Shown here in pieces: positions 49,781-58,649 of a DNA stretch of 64,000 nt (within the stretch, counting starts at the first letter, position 1; every line of letters begins with the position of its first letter). The notes beneath the pieces are model-generated. The model had not been told where the DNA came from and did no database searches. It saw only the letters and a list, made by a program, of their open reading frames with translations. Position numbers and translations under genes: made by a program. This DNA is from an uncultured delta proteobacterium (GTDB taxonomy: Bacteria > Myxococcota_A > Polyangia > Polyangiales > Polyangiaceae), in the NCBI GenBank assembly GCA_963841435.1, contig CAWJCS010000006.1, positions 32,001-96,000 on the forward strand, written 5' to 3'.

Positions 49781-50509
49781 ATGGCAAGAGCGAAGAAGAA
49801 AAGGACGTTCGTGGGGGCCCGCGCAAGCTCCATCACGGCGCCGCGAACCGACATCGAGCAGCGTCTCGACTACGGCGGCGTCCGCATCATGAACCCGCCG
49901 AGCACCCAGGTGAGGCGCCTGTTGCCGGGGCGTGGCACGCGCGCCGAGCCCGTCGAGATGGACATTCGCGGCTTCGTCCCGTCGCGGCCTTCCTCCGTCG
50001 TGAGTCGCTTCGTCCGAGAGGAGCTCGAGCGCGCTCGCAAGAAGTACCCGCTTCTCGAGCCAACATTGGCCGATCGGCGCCAGCCCTCGTGGTTCGACAC
50101 GGTCGCGCATCTCGTCGCCGACATCGTCTTCGACCAGATCCCGTATGAGCCACGCGGCGGGGCCGCCTGGCAGCTGCCGGAAGAAACGCTCGCGCTCGGT
50201 TGCGGCGACTGTGAGGACCGCGCGACGCTGCTCGCCTCGGCGCTCGTCGCGGCGGGCATCAGCCCGTACAACGTGCGCGTCGCGCTCGGGACGATTCGCG
50301 TCCAGAGCCCCGGTCGTGGCGGCCGAAAGCGGCTCGCCCACGCCTGGGTGGTCTACCGCTCCGAGCACGGGGGTTGGGCGGCGCTCGAGCCGGTACCGAA
50401 AGAGCAGCGCACGCGGCACGCCGGTCTGAGCTTCGGCTACGAGCCCGAGATCGTCTTCAACGGCGACCACCAGTGGCGGCGAACAAAACCGCGTTGTGTG
50501 GTAAAATAG
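49781..50509 (+). CDS. Transglutaminase-like cysteine-protease-domain protein
   Basis: SD GGAAGGAG; WQLPEETL..GCGDCEDRA, AHAWV, WAALEP (Cys-His-acid triad). Confidence 0.75.
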   Translation: MARAKKKRTFVGARASSITAPRTDIEQRLDYGGVRIMNPPSTQVRRLLPGRGTRAEPVEMDIRGFVPSRPSSVVSRFVREELERARKKYPLLEPTLADRRQPSWFDTVAHLVADIVFDQIPYEPRGGAAWQLPEETLALGCGDCEDRATLLASALVAAGISPYNVRVALGTIRVQSPGRGGRKRLAHAWVVYRSEHGGWAALEPVPKEQRTRHAGLSFGYEPEIVFNGDHQWRRTKPRCVVK

Positions 50510-50531
50510 GGGGCTTGGTGGCGAGGGCGGG

Positions 50532-52811
50532 ATGAAACGACTCTTCAGCGCGCTGGGGCTTTTCGTGCTCGCCGTCTTTGCGGGCAACCGCGCGGCCGCG
50601 GCGCCCTTTCCGTTCACGGTCGAGCTCGAGCTCGCGGGCAGCCCGAGCGCGATCCTCGGGCTCATGCGGGCGCATGGGGTGTCGGCCGACGCCCTGCGCG
50701 AGGCCCTCGCGTGGGACTACCTTTTCATCGTCGCCTACAGCCTTTTCATCGCGAATGCGGCGTCGGCCGTCGGGCGTCGGCTCGGGGAGAAGTGGGACGA
50801 CGCCGGGGCGGCCGTCGCCTTCGCCACGCTGCTTGCCGGGGCGCTCGACGCTCTCGAAAACACGCTGCTCTTGCACGCGCTCGAAGGGCGCTTCGGAGCA
50901 GCCGGTGCGGCCGTCGCGGCGGCGCTAAAGGTCGTGCTCTTGATCGGGGCCGTCGCGTACACGGTGGTGGGGCTCGCCGTGCTTTCGCGCCAGGCGCTCG
51001 GTCGTCGGCCCGAAGCTCCCTTGCCGCGGCCGGAGCCCCTCGCGGCCGATGCTCCGGCGCGCTCGCGCGAATGCAACGTCGTCATGAAGGGCGGGATCAC
51101 CAGCGGCATCGTGTACCCGCGCGCGGTGGCTCGGCTCGCGAAGGAGTACGACTTCGTCAACGTCGGCGGGTCCTCGGCGGGCGCCATCGCGGCGGCGGCC
51201 ACGGCCGCGGCCGCCTACGCGCGCAAGAACGGGCGCGACGCGTTCGCGGTCCTCGAAAAGCTGCCGGCTTATCTGGGCGAGAAGGGACGGCTGTTCGGGC
51301 TGTTCCGGCCGAACCCCAGCGTGCGCGCGCCTTTCGAAGTGTTCTCGACGTTTCTGGGCAAGGCGCCGGTGCCGTTCAAGCTCGCGCGCTCGCTCGCCGT
51401 TTCCGGGTGGCACTTCCCGTTCGCCGTGGCGCTCGGCCTCGCACCCGGGGTGCTGTTCGCGGTGGGTGCGTTCTCGACGCCGGCGCCCGCGTGGGGTGTG
51501 ACCGCGGCCGTGGCGCTCGGGCTCGTCGGCGCGCCGCTTTTCGCCGTTGCGGCTTTCGTGATCGCGCTCGTGCTCCGGCTACCGAAGAACGGCTACGGGA
51601 TGTGCAGCGGCAGGCTCGACGGCGAGACGGTGCTGAGCGACTGGCTCGGAGAGCTCATCGATCGCCTTGCGGGCGTCGAGGGCCGCCCCTTGATCTTCGC
51701 CGACCTCTGGACGGCCGGCGAGTCGTACGCGACGCTCGACGAGCGGCGCGAGGCGGCGCGCGGGCGCCCCGTGGGCAAGCGGAAGGTCAATTTCGAGGCG
51801 CTCACGACGAGCCTCGTTCACGGCCGCCCGTACCGCCTGCCGGAGACCGAGCGCACCTTCTATTTCCGCCCCGAGGATCTGCGCCGCGTGTTGCCAGACG
51901 CCGCCGTGACCTGGATGGAGCAACACCCCGGATCGTCGGACGACGAGGTTCCGCCTGGCTTCCTAGCGCTTCCCGCACCGCAGGATCTGCCCGTCGTCTT
52001 CGCGGCACGCCTCAGCCTCAGCTTTCCGCTGCTCATCAGCGCCGTGCGCCTCTGGGGCATCGATCGCCGCAATGCTCGAAATCGCGGAGGCCGCGGCGTC
52101 CGGCAGCTCGACGCGTGCTGGATGTCGGACGGCGGCATCGCCAGCAACTTTCCGATTCACTTCTTCGACGCCTGGGTGCCGGGCCGTCCGACCTTCGGCC
52201 TCGATCTCGCTCCTTTCCACGCCGACGACGACCGGGACCCCGACGAGGCGAAGAACGTCTTCTTGCCGACCAACAATCGTGCGGGGTTTCTCGAGAGCTG
52301 GCAGCGCTTCGACGGTTTGTTCGGATTCTTGGGGGCGCTCGTCAACGCCGCTCAGGCGTTCCTCGACAACATGCAGGCGCGAGCACCCGGCTTCCGCAAT
52401 CGGATCGCGCGCATCCACCTCGCGAAGGAGGAGGGCGGCATGAACCTCGCCATGCCGTCCGACGTGCTCGCCCGGCTCGGAAAGCGCGGCGAGGTGGCGG
52501 GCGAGAAGATCGTGGAGCGCTTCGTCGGCGAGAGCCCGTCCGGCTGGGAAAACCACCGCTGGGTGCGCCTCCGACTCTTGCTCGGACAGCTCGACCCGCT
52601 TTTGCGGCAGCTCGCCCGCGAGGTGCGGCGCGTGCCGCCCCCGGCGGACCCGCCGAGCTATGATTGGAACAACGCGACCCAGCGACACCTGGCGGGCGCC
52701 GTCATGGACCGGCTGACGGCGCTCGGCGACGAGATCGAGGCTTCAGCGGCGACGCTAGAAGACGGCGCACCCCGCCCGCGCACCGAGCTCAAGGGCGCGC
52801 CACGCGTGTGA
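50532..52811 (+). CDS. Patatin-like phospholipase with N-terminal multi-TM domain and inserted TM hairpin
   Basis: KGGITSG, GSSAG nucleophile, ARLSLSFP, SDGG..SNFPIHFFD; N-terminal TMs with DYLFIVAY and ALDALEN. Confidence 0.85.
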   Translation: MKRLFSALGLFVLAVFAGNRAAAAPFPFTVELELAGSPSAILGLMRAHGVSADALREALAWDYLFIVAYSLFIANAASAVGRRLGEKWDDAGAAVAFATLLAGALDALENTLLLHALEGRFGAAGAAVAAALKVVLLIGAVAYTVVGLAVLSRQALGRRPEAPLPRPEPLAADAPARSRECNVVMKGGITSGIVYPRAVARLAKEYDFVNVGGSSAGAIAAAATAAAAYARKNGRDAFAVLEKLPAYLGEKGRLFGLFRPNPSVRAPFEVFSTFLGKAPVPFKLARSLAVSGWHFPFAVALGLAPGVLFAVGAFSTPAPAWGVTAAVALGLVGAPLFAVAAFVIALVLRLPKNGYGMCSGRLDGETVLSDWLGELIDRLAGVEGRPLIFADLWTAGESYATLDERREAARGRPVGKRKVNFEALTTSLVHGRPYRLPETERTFYFRPEDLRRVLPDAAVTWMEQHPGSSDDEVPPGFLALPAPQDLPVVFAARLSLSFPLLISAVRLWGIDRRNARNRGGRGVRQLDACWMSDGGIASNFPIHFFDAWVPGRPTFGLDLAPFHADDDRDPDEAKNVFLPTNNRAGFLESWQRFDGLFGFLGALVNAAQAFLDNMQARAPGFRNRIARIHLAKEEGGMNLAMPSDVLARLGKRGEVAGEKIVERFVGESPSGWENHRWVRLRLLLGQLDPLLRQLAREVRRVPPPADPPSYDWNNATQRHLAGAVMDRLTALGDEIEASAATLEDGAPRPRTELKGAPRV

Positions 52812-52865
52812 TCGTCAACGGCACCGCGCCGCCGGAGCCATGCGCCCCGGGCAAAGTGCCCCTCC

Positions 52866-53735
52866 TCAGTTCAGGCCGAGGCAGAGCTCTTCCGAGGCGA
52901 TGGAGCGGGGGCCGCAGATGCCCTCGGAGCAGCTCCCTTTCTGGCACTCGTCGTCCCCGACACACCCGGCACCTTCGGGCTTGCTCGCCGTGCAGCCCCC
53001 CTCACCTGTGTCGGGACAGTACGCTCCACTTTGGCAGTAGTAACCGGGGCAAGCCTCGCCGAGGGAGGGCGCCCGCTCGCAGGTGGCGCTGTCGAAGTTG
53101 CACACGAGGCCGTCCTCTACGTAACAGGTGCCCGGCGCGCCCGACCCTCCGACGGGCGTCACGCTGACGCACGAATCGCTGCTGCAAGTGCTGTCGCACG
53201 GATCGCCCAGGCTGCTCGCCGCTGCCCGCACATCGGCAGTGCATCGGCCGCCGGGCTCGGGGGTGTCGTAGAGGCATTGGGCACGCGCGCCTGCGATGTC
53301 GGCGCACTCGATGTCGTCCACGCAGCTCTGGCCCTCGCCGAGGGTGCCGCGTAGGGTGTGGCCGCAGCTCGCGGCGTAGTCGGCGGCGCTCTCGTTGCAG
53401 GAGCGCGCGATGACGCCGAAGTCTTCCACGCAGCGCCCGGCGGCATCGGCGTCCCAGATCGTGTTTTCGTGCGGGTCGTCCCAATCGAGCGAGCCCCGCA
53501 CGAACGCTTCACACCCCGTTCGATCGAGCGCGAAGCCTGCGCTCGCGCAGCAAGCGCCGATGTTGTCGCAAATCGCCGCCGCGGCGCGATCGGTGAAATC
53601 CGCCTGACTCACCGGCGTACCCGAGACGGAGTCGGAGTGGTCGTCGACGATGGACTTGCCGGCGCAGGCCCCCGTGAGCGCCGCGCACAGGGCGCCGAGC
53701 AGCAGAAGCACTCGCCGCCGCGAGACCCTGCGCAT
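52866..53735 (-). CDS. Cys-rich lipoprotein (disulfide-rich repeats)
   Basis: Lipobox TGAC; more than 20 Cys in GQSCVDDIEC / GDPC / GEAC-type repeats. Confidence 0.7.
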   Translation of the reverse strand: MRRVSRRRVLLLLGALCAALTGACAGKSIVDDHSDSVSGTPVSQADFTDRAAAAICDNIGACCASAGFALDRTGCEAFVRGSLDWDDPHENTIWDADAAGRCVEDFGVIARSCNESAADYAASCGHTLRGTLGEGQSCVDDIECADIAGARAQCLYDTPEPGGRCTADVRAAASSLGDPCDSTCSSDSCVSVTPVGGSGAPGTCYVEDGLVCNFDSATCERAPSLGEACPGYYCQSGAYCPDTGEGGCTASKPEGAGCVGDDECQKGSCSEGICGPRSIASEELCLGLN

Positions 53736-53912
53736 GACCTTGCTGGCTTCGGGTCGAACCGCCCCGATCGCGCCCTCCAGCTCGATCATCGAATCATCAT
53801 ACCAGGCGTCGCAGCCACGCGGGACCCGCGCGTTGGATGCGGGATCCAGCCGTGTTTCACTGCTTGCTCGCGCTCCTTGCCCGAACCGTCGGTCGGGAAC
53901 AGAATCCGCGGC

Positions 53913-55547
53913 ATGCGTGGTGTGGGTCTTTTCTTGGGAGTTCTGGGATTGTGTGGGATCGCCGTTTCGTGCGGCGGCAAGTCGGGGGGTGACGATGACA
54001 GTGCCGGGCAAGCGGGCGGAGCGGGCCGTGCGGGTGCCGGTGCGTCCGGAGCGTCGAGTGGCGGCGCGGCGGGCCGCGGTGGATCCGGCGGCAGCGGCGG
54101 GACTCGCGGGGGCTCCGGGGGCGAAGGCAATGCCGGCGCGGAGGCGGGGGCACCGTCGGCGGGCACGGGCAGCGGCGGAAGCGCCGGAGCCGGCGCGGGT
54201 GGTGGTGCGGGGACGGGAGGGATGGAGGGCGGTTCGGGCGGCGGCGCGACGGTGCCCACCGAGTACGCGACGCCCGGCATGGGCCAGGCGTGGCGGCTCG
54301 AGAGCGGCGACCCGCTGAACTCGACGCCGCCCGTGCTCGTTTCGCTCGACTCGGGCGTCGTCATTGCGGGCGCGTCGGCGGATCCGGCGACGGTGGGCGT
54401 CACCGCGTTCGACAGCGGCATCGAGTCGGAGGCGTTCGTGGCGCGCCTCGACGCGACGGGCATGCCGCTCTGGCAGCTGCCGTTGAAGCCCGCGGGCCTG
54501 CCCTGGGCGATGGCGCGCTCGGGCGACGACGTTGTGATCGTCGCGCCTTACCTGCCGGATCTGGCCACGGTGTCCACTTCCTACGTGTCCAAGGACATCT
54601 ACCTCGCGAAGGTCGGGATCGACGGCAACGTCCGGTACGAAAAGACCCTGACGTTCGACAACGACGACACCTTCACCTACGGTCTCGCCGTCGACGAAGC
54701 GGGCTCGATCTTCCTCGCGGGTGGCTATCAAGTCGTCGATCCCGTCACGGGGTTCGGCGAGCACCCCATCCTCGTGAAGGTCGACCCCGACGGCAACCTG
54801 GTCTGGCAAAAGACGTTCACCCACGCCGGCACGCAGGGGTACGCGAACGACGTTGCCGTGCTCGCGGACGGCGATCTCGTGATGACGGGCGACTTCGACC
54901 TCGATCTGTCGTTTGGCGGCGACACCGAAACCCTCACGAGCAGCGCCACTTTGATGGGGCTGCCGAGCGGCTTTCTCGCCCGCTTCACCAGCGACGGCGA
55001 GCCGGTGTGGAGCGCGGCCTTCGGCGGCGACGACTTCTCGGTCGGAACCGCACTTGCGCCGCTCGCCGACGGTGATTTCCTGCTGACGGGCGGGGCCGCG
55101 CTCGACCTCCACCTCGGCGGCAAGACCGTGCCGGGGGCGCCGTTCACGCCGAGCAGCAGCTCCTCGTTTCCCCCGACGGCCGCCTTCGTGGCGCGCCTCG
55201 ACGGTGACGGTGCGGCGCGCTGGGTGAACCTCGAGCTCGAGACGGACTTCGGACAGCTCGTCGCGTGCGACGATGGCGCCACCGTTTTCCTCGGCGGCAG
55301 CCTCGACGCCGAGATCCCGACGGACGGTGGCACCTATCTCCTCACCTACGACGCGGCGACGGGCGACCCCGTCCAGACCCTCCGCGCGAGTGGTGGCGCC
55401 GGCATCTCGAGTAGCGCGCTAGCCGTCGGCTCGGGCAAGATTTGGCTTTCTGGCAGGTTTACCTCGAGCGCCGACTTCGGTAACCAGAACTTACTCACCG
55501 ACACCGGGGCCGGGGTTTTCCTCGTCCGGCTCGACGCGAGCCCATAG
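53913..55547 (+). CDS. Lipoprotein with Gly-rich linker and beta-propeller (SBBP-like) repeats
   Basis: Lipobox AVSC; repeats FVARLDATG..LW, LVKVDPDGNLVW, LARFTSDGEPVW. Confidence 0.75.
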   Translation: MRGVGLFLGVLGLCGIAVSCGGKSGGDDDSAGQAGGAGRAGAGASGASSGGAAGRGGSGGSGGTRGGSGGEGNAGAEAGAPSAGTGSGGSAGAGAGGGAGTGGMEGGSGGGATVPTEYATPGMGQAWRLESGDPLNSTPPVLVSLDSGVVIAGASADPATVGVTAFDSGIESEAFVARLDATGMPLWQLPLKPAGLPWAMARSGDDVVIVAPYLPDLATVSTSYVSKDIYLAKVGIDGNVRYEKTLTFDNDDTFTYGLAVDEAGSIFLAGGYQVVDPVTGFGEHPILVKVDPDGNLVWQKTFTHAGTQGYANDVAVLADGDLVMTGDFDLDLSFGGDTETLTSSATLMGLPSGFLARFTSDGEPVWSAAFGGDDFSVGTALAPLADGDFLLTGGAALDLHLGGKTVPGAPFTPSSSSSFPPTAAFVARLDGDGAARWVNLELETDFGQLVACDDGATVFLGGSLDAEIPTDGGTYLLTYDAATGDPVQTLRASGGAGISSSALAVGSGKIWLSGRFTSSADFGNQNLLTDTGAGVFLVRLDASP

Positions 55548-55576
55548 GTGACTTCGCGCGTTCAGGACGAAAGACC

Positions 55577-56269
55577 ATGATGGAGATTCGACGCGCCGAC
55601 CAACGAGGGCGAACCGATGCCGGCTGGCTCGATTCACGCCATTCGTTTTCGTTCGCAGATTATTACGATCCCGCTCACATGGGCTTTCGCAACCTGCGCG
55701 TGATCAACGAGGATCGCGTCGCAGCGGGCGCGGGCTTTCCCACCCACGGCCATCGCGACATGGAGATCGTTTCTTACGTCCTCGAGGGCGCGCTTTCGCA
55801 CCGCGATTCGCTCGGCACGGGCGCCGTGATCCGCCCGGGCGAGGTGCAGCGCATGAGCGCCGGCACGGGCGTCCAGCATAGCGAGTTCAATGCCTCACGG
55901 ACCGAGCCCGTGCACTTCCTCCAGATCTGGCTGTTGCCGGCGCGGCGCGGTCTCGAGCCGGGCTACGAGCAGAAGCACTTCGAAGAGGCCTTGGGGCGCC
56001 TTCGCGTGCTCGCGTCACCGGACGGACGCGAGGGCAGCGTCGTCGTCAACACGGATGCCGTGCTGCGCGGAGGTACGTTCGAGGCGGGGCAGGCCGCCGA
56101 GCTCGAGATCCCGAGTGGGCGGGGCGTGTGGGTGCAGGTCGCGCGCGGTCGCGTGCGCGTCAACGGTGCCGATCTCGAAGCCGGCGACGGAGCCGCGCTC
56201 TCGACGGAGCCGCTCTTGCGCCTCGAGGGCAGCGAGCGAGGCGAGGTGCTCGTGTTCGAGCTACCCTGA
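55577..56269 (+). CDS. Pirin-family protein (YhhW-like)
   Basis: GWLDSRHSFSFADYYDP, LRVINED, FPTHGHRDMEI, HSEFN, LQIW. Confidence 0.93.
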   Translation: MMEIRRADQRGRTDAGWLDSRHSFSFADYYDPAHMGFRNLRVINEDRVAAGAGFPTHGHRDMEIVSYVLEGALSHRDSLGTGAVIRPGEVQRMSAGTGVQHSEFNASRTEPVHFLQIWLLPARRGLEPGYEQKHFEEALGRLRVLASPDGREGSVVVNTDAVLRGGTFEAGQAAELEIPSGRGVWVQVARGRVRVNGADLEAGDGAALSTEPLLRLEGSERGEVLVFELP

Positions 56270-56578
56270 CGGCGCGAGGGCCGGTCGAGCCTCGGGGGTC
56301 GTGCCGCGGCAGAGAAAGCGCACCGGGCGAGGCCGCTCGGGCTCGTAGGTGAGCAGCCAGTGCCTGAGGAGGCTCTTCGCTTCGGCGTCCGATACGCCGA
56401 GCCGCTCACTGAGGAAAGCGACGAAATCGTAGCGGGTCGCTGGCGAGTCGGAGCTCGCGTCCGTCCGGACGCTCTCGGTGGGCGTCTCCTCGAGGGCTCG
56501 CCGCCGCGAGTCGGGCTCGGGAGGGCGCTTTCCACGAGAGCTGTACGGTGTGGTCTCTTGGGATGCGTGCATCATCAC
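56261..56578 (-). CDS. Small hypothetical protein
   Basis: GGAGG SD, upstream sigma-54 motif, helical core FVAFLSERLGVSDAEAKSLLRHWLLTY. Confidence 0.55.
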   Translation of the reverse strand: MMMHASQETTPYSSRGKRPPEPDSRRRALEETPTESVRTDASSDSPATRYDFVAFLSERLGVSDAEAKSLLRHWLLTYEPERPRPVRFLCRGTTPEARPALAPSG

Positions 56579-56602
56579 GACGAGCCTCCGTGCGACCGAT
56601 AT

Positions 56603-56618
56603 TGCGAAACGCGTGCCA
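56603..56618 (-). promoter_or_regulatory. Sigma-54 (-24/-12) promoter candidate
   Basis: The minus strand reads TGGCACG-CGTT-TCGCA (GG-N10-GC), placing the TSS just upstream of the GGAGG SD. Confidence 0.6.
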
Positions 56619-56885
56619 TCGCTCTTGACGCCCCGAGCACTGGCTTTCCGCCATTTTTCGCCTAGTACCCTGCGGCAGACTGTCGCGCCCGGGCAAGCGG
56701 TGGGGCATGGCTGTCACACCGCCGGTGCTTCGGCTGGGGGCTGGGGCACCCCTCTCGGCGTACTCCCAAAAGCAGCGAGCCGGAGCGGCTTTTGCCGTCC
56801 GGCTCGTTGCGATTCCGTTCGTTGGGTCGTTCGTTTCGTTTCTCGGTGTTATGGCCGTGTGTCGGCGGCGGGGGTGTCAGAGCGC

Positions 56886-57800
56886 TCAGCGGCGGGCGAC
56901 GGCGTCTTGCTTGGCGGCAGCCTTGGCGTTGCGGACGAGGCGGTCCACGTCGCGACGGAACTGGGCCTCGTCGACCTGCATGCCGTTGAGCATCGTGCTC
57001 ATGTCGCGGGTGAACGAGGCGAGCCCGATGGCTTCGCTGATTTCCGCTTCGGTCGCGCCGTTCAACTTGGCAAACTCAGTATGGGCGATGATGCAGAACT
57101 TGCAGGGAACCTGCGCTGCCACGCCGAGGCCGATGAGCTCCTTGGTCTTGCCGTCGAGGGCCGTCTTCGGGTTTAGCTGCACGTCGCGCATTTGCTTCCA
57201 GGCGCCGGCACGACCCGCCGCGGGGAAACGGGCCAGAAACTCGGGAGCGAAGCCGAACAGCGTCGAAATCTCGCGCAGGGCCGAGGCGCCGTCCACGACG
57301 TTCACGGGGGCCGGTGCCGTACGCTTCGCGGACGCGGCCTGTTTGGCGTTCGCGACGAGCCGGGCGATCTCGGCGCGGAAGCGCGTCTCGTCCGTCTGAA
57401 TGCCGTTCAAGAACGTGCTGAACTGCCGGGTGATGGCGGCCATGGCGACGGCCTCGCCGACCTGCGCGTCGCTGGCGCCGTTGAGCTTGGCGAACTCGGT
57501 GTGGGCGACGATGCAGTAGCGGCAGGGGACCTGCGCTGCCACGCCGAGGCCGATGAGCTCCTTGGTCTTGCCGTCGAGCGCCGTGTTCGGGTTCAGCTGA
57601 AGGCCCTTCATTTCCTCCCAGGCGCCCGGCAACATGCCGTCCGGGAGCTTGGTGAAGAACTGCGGAACGAAGCCGAGCGTCTTCTGGATGTCGGCCTTGG
57701 TGGCCGCGTTGGCCATGGGGTCGGCGGCGGCCGTTGACGCGAAGCCGACGAGAGCGAGGAGCGTTGCAAGCAAGGTCGTGATGATTCGTGAGGGGGTCAT
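56886..57800 (-). CDS. Secreted tandem AhpD/carboxymuconolactone-decarboxylase-family protein (two CxxC domains)
   Basis: Signal peptide ending STAAA; two copies of LDGKTKELIGLGVAAQVPC(R/K)(Y/F)CI(V/I)AH. Confidence 0.85.
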   Translation of the reverse strand: MTPSRIITTLLATLLALVGFASTAAADPMANAATKADIQKTLGFVPQFFTKLPDGMLPGAWEEMKGLQLNPNTALDGKTKELIGLGVAAQVPCRYCIVAHTEFAKLNGASDAQVGEAVAMAAITRQFSTFLNGIQTDETRFRAEIARLVANAKQAASAKRTAPAPVNVVDGASALREISTLFGFAPEFLARFPAAGRAGAWKQMRDVQLNPKTALDGKTKELIGLGVAAQVPCKFCIIAHTEFAKLNGATEAEISEAIGLASFTRDMSTMLNGMQVDEAQFRRDVDRLVRNAKAAAKQDAVARR

Positions 57801-58357
57801 GATGCTTCCTTGGTGATCGTGAGCGTGGTTGAGAGAGGAGGGGAGTCGACGTTGATGATGGTGAGGGTCTGGACGCGCTCGATGGCGGGCGAGAGGTTTT
57901 GCAGCATCGGGCTCAGGCGATCGGCGTGCTCGACGACGCGTCGTACGTCGGCGACGGGTGCATTCGAGACGAGGCGCACCTCGAAGAGCAGGCGTTGCCA
58001 GCCGGGCGGCACGTCTTCGGCGAGGCCGAGCTGACCGCGCACGTCGAACTCGCACGTGACGTCAACCTCGACGGCGAGCAGATCCACCCCGAGCCGCGCT
58101 GCCCAGCTGCGGTAGCCCATGGTGAGGCAGGCGCCGATGGCCGCGCGCATCAGATCACCGGGCGTCGGCGCCGTGTCAGCGCCGCCTTCCTCCGCCGGCA
58201 GGTCCGCGCGGATGACGCGGCCGCCGCGACGCACGTCGCAGGCGAGGTCCCCGACGAGCTCTGCGCTCGCCTTGATGCTCGCCTTGCCGAGCCAGGGGTG
58301 TCCGCGGAGGGCGCGCGTCTTCTGCTCGAAGAGGTCGCGCAACAGTGAGTCGGTCAC
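57797..58357 (-). CDS. OsmC/Ohr-family protein, with only the first conserved Cys
   Basis: ADLPAEEGGADTAPTPGDLMRAAIGACL, FDVRG; the second-Cys position reads LSPM. Confidence 0.8.
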   Translation of the reverse strand: MTDSLLRDLFEQKTRALRGHPWLGKASIKASAELVGDLACDVRRGGRVIRADLPAEEGGADTAPTPGDLMRAAIGACLTMGYRSWAARLGVDLLAVEVDVTCEFDVRGQLGLAEDVPPGWQRLLFEVRLVSNAPVADVRRVVEHADRLSPMLQNLSPAIERVQTLTIINVDSPPLSTTLTITKEAS

Positions 58358-58590
58358 GGCGCCTCCGTCTGGGCGACGAGCTCACCGCCGCACGACGGGG
58401 CGCTCTCGACGAGCGCGGGCTCGGGGGCGCGCTCGCGGGCGGGAGCGGGTGCCGGCGCGACGGCGTCGAGACAGGCGGTGGCGGCAGCGGGCGCCGTGCG
58501 AGCGGCGGGGTGGCCGGAGCTGAAAAGCGCCAGGCCGAGCAGGATGGTGGTGACGAGCGTGGCGGCGAGCGCTGGAATCTTTCGGGTCAT
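58354..58590 (-). CDS. Small exported peptide (78 aa) with two Cys
   Basis: GGAGG SD, signal-like N-terminus, 4-bp overlap with the osmC-like gene. Confidence 0.55.
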   Translation of the reverse strand: MTRKIPALAATLVTTILLGLALFSSGHPAARTAPAAATACLDAVAPAPAPARERAPEPALVESAPSCGGELVAQTEAP

Positions 58591-58649
58591 CGTGGCCTCC
58601 AATCGGGGAGGCGTGACCTCGGTCGGAACGTTCGTTCCCCGGCGCGGAA

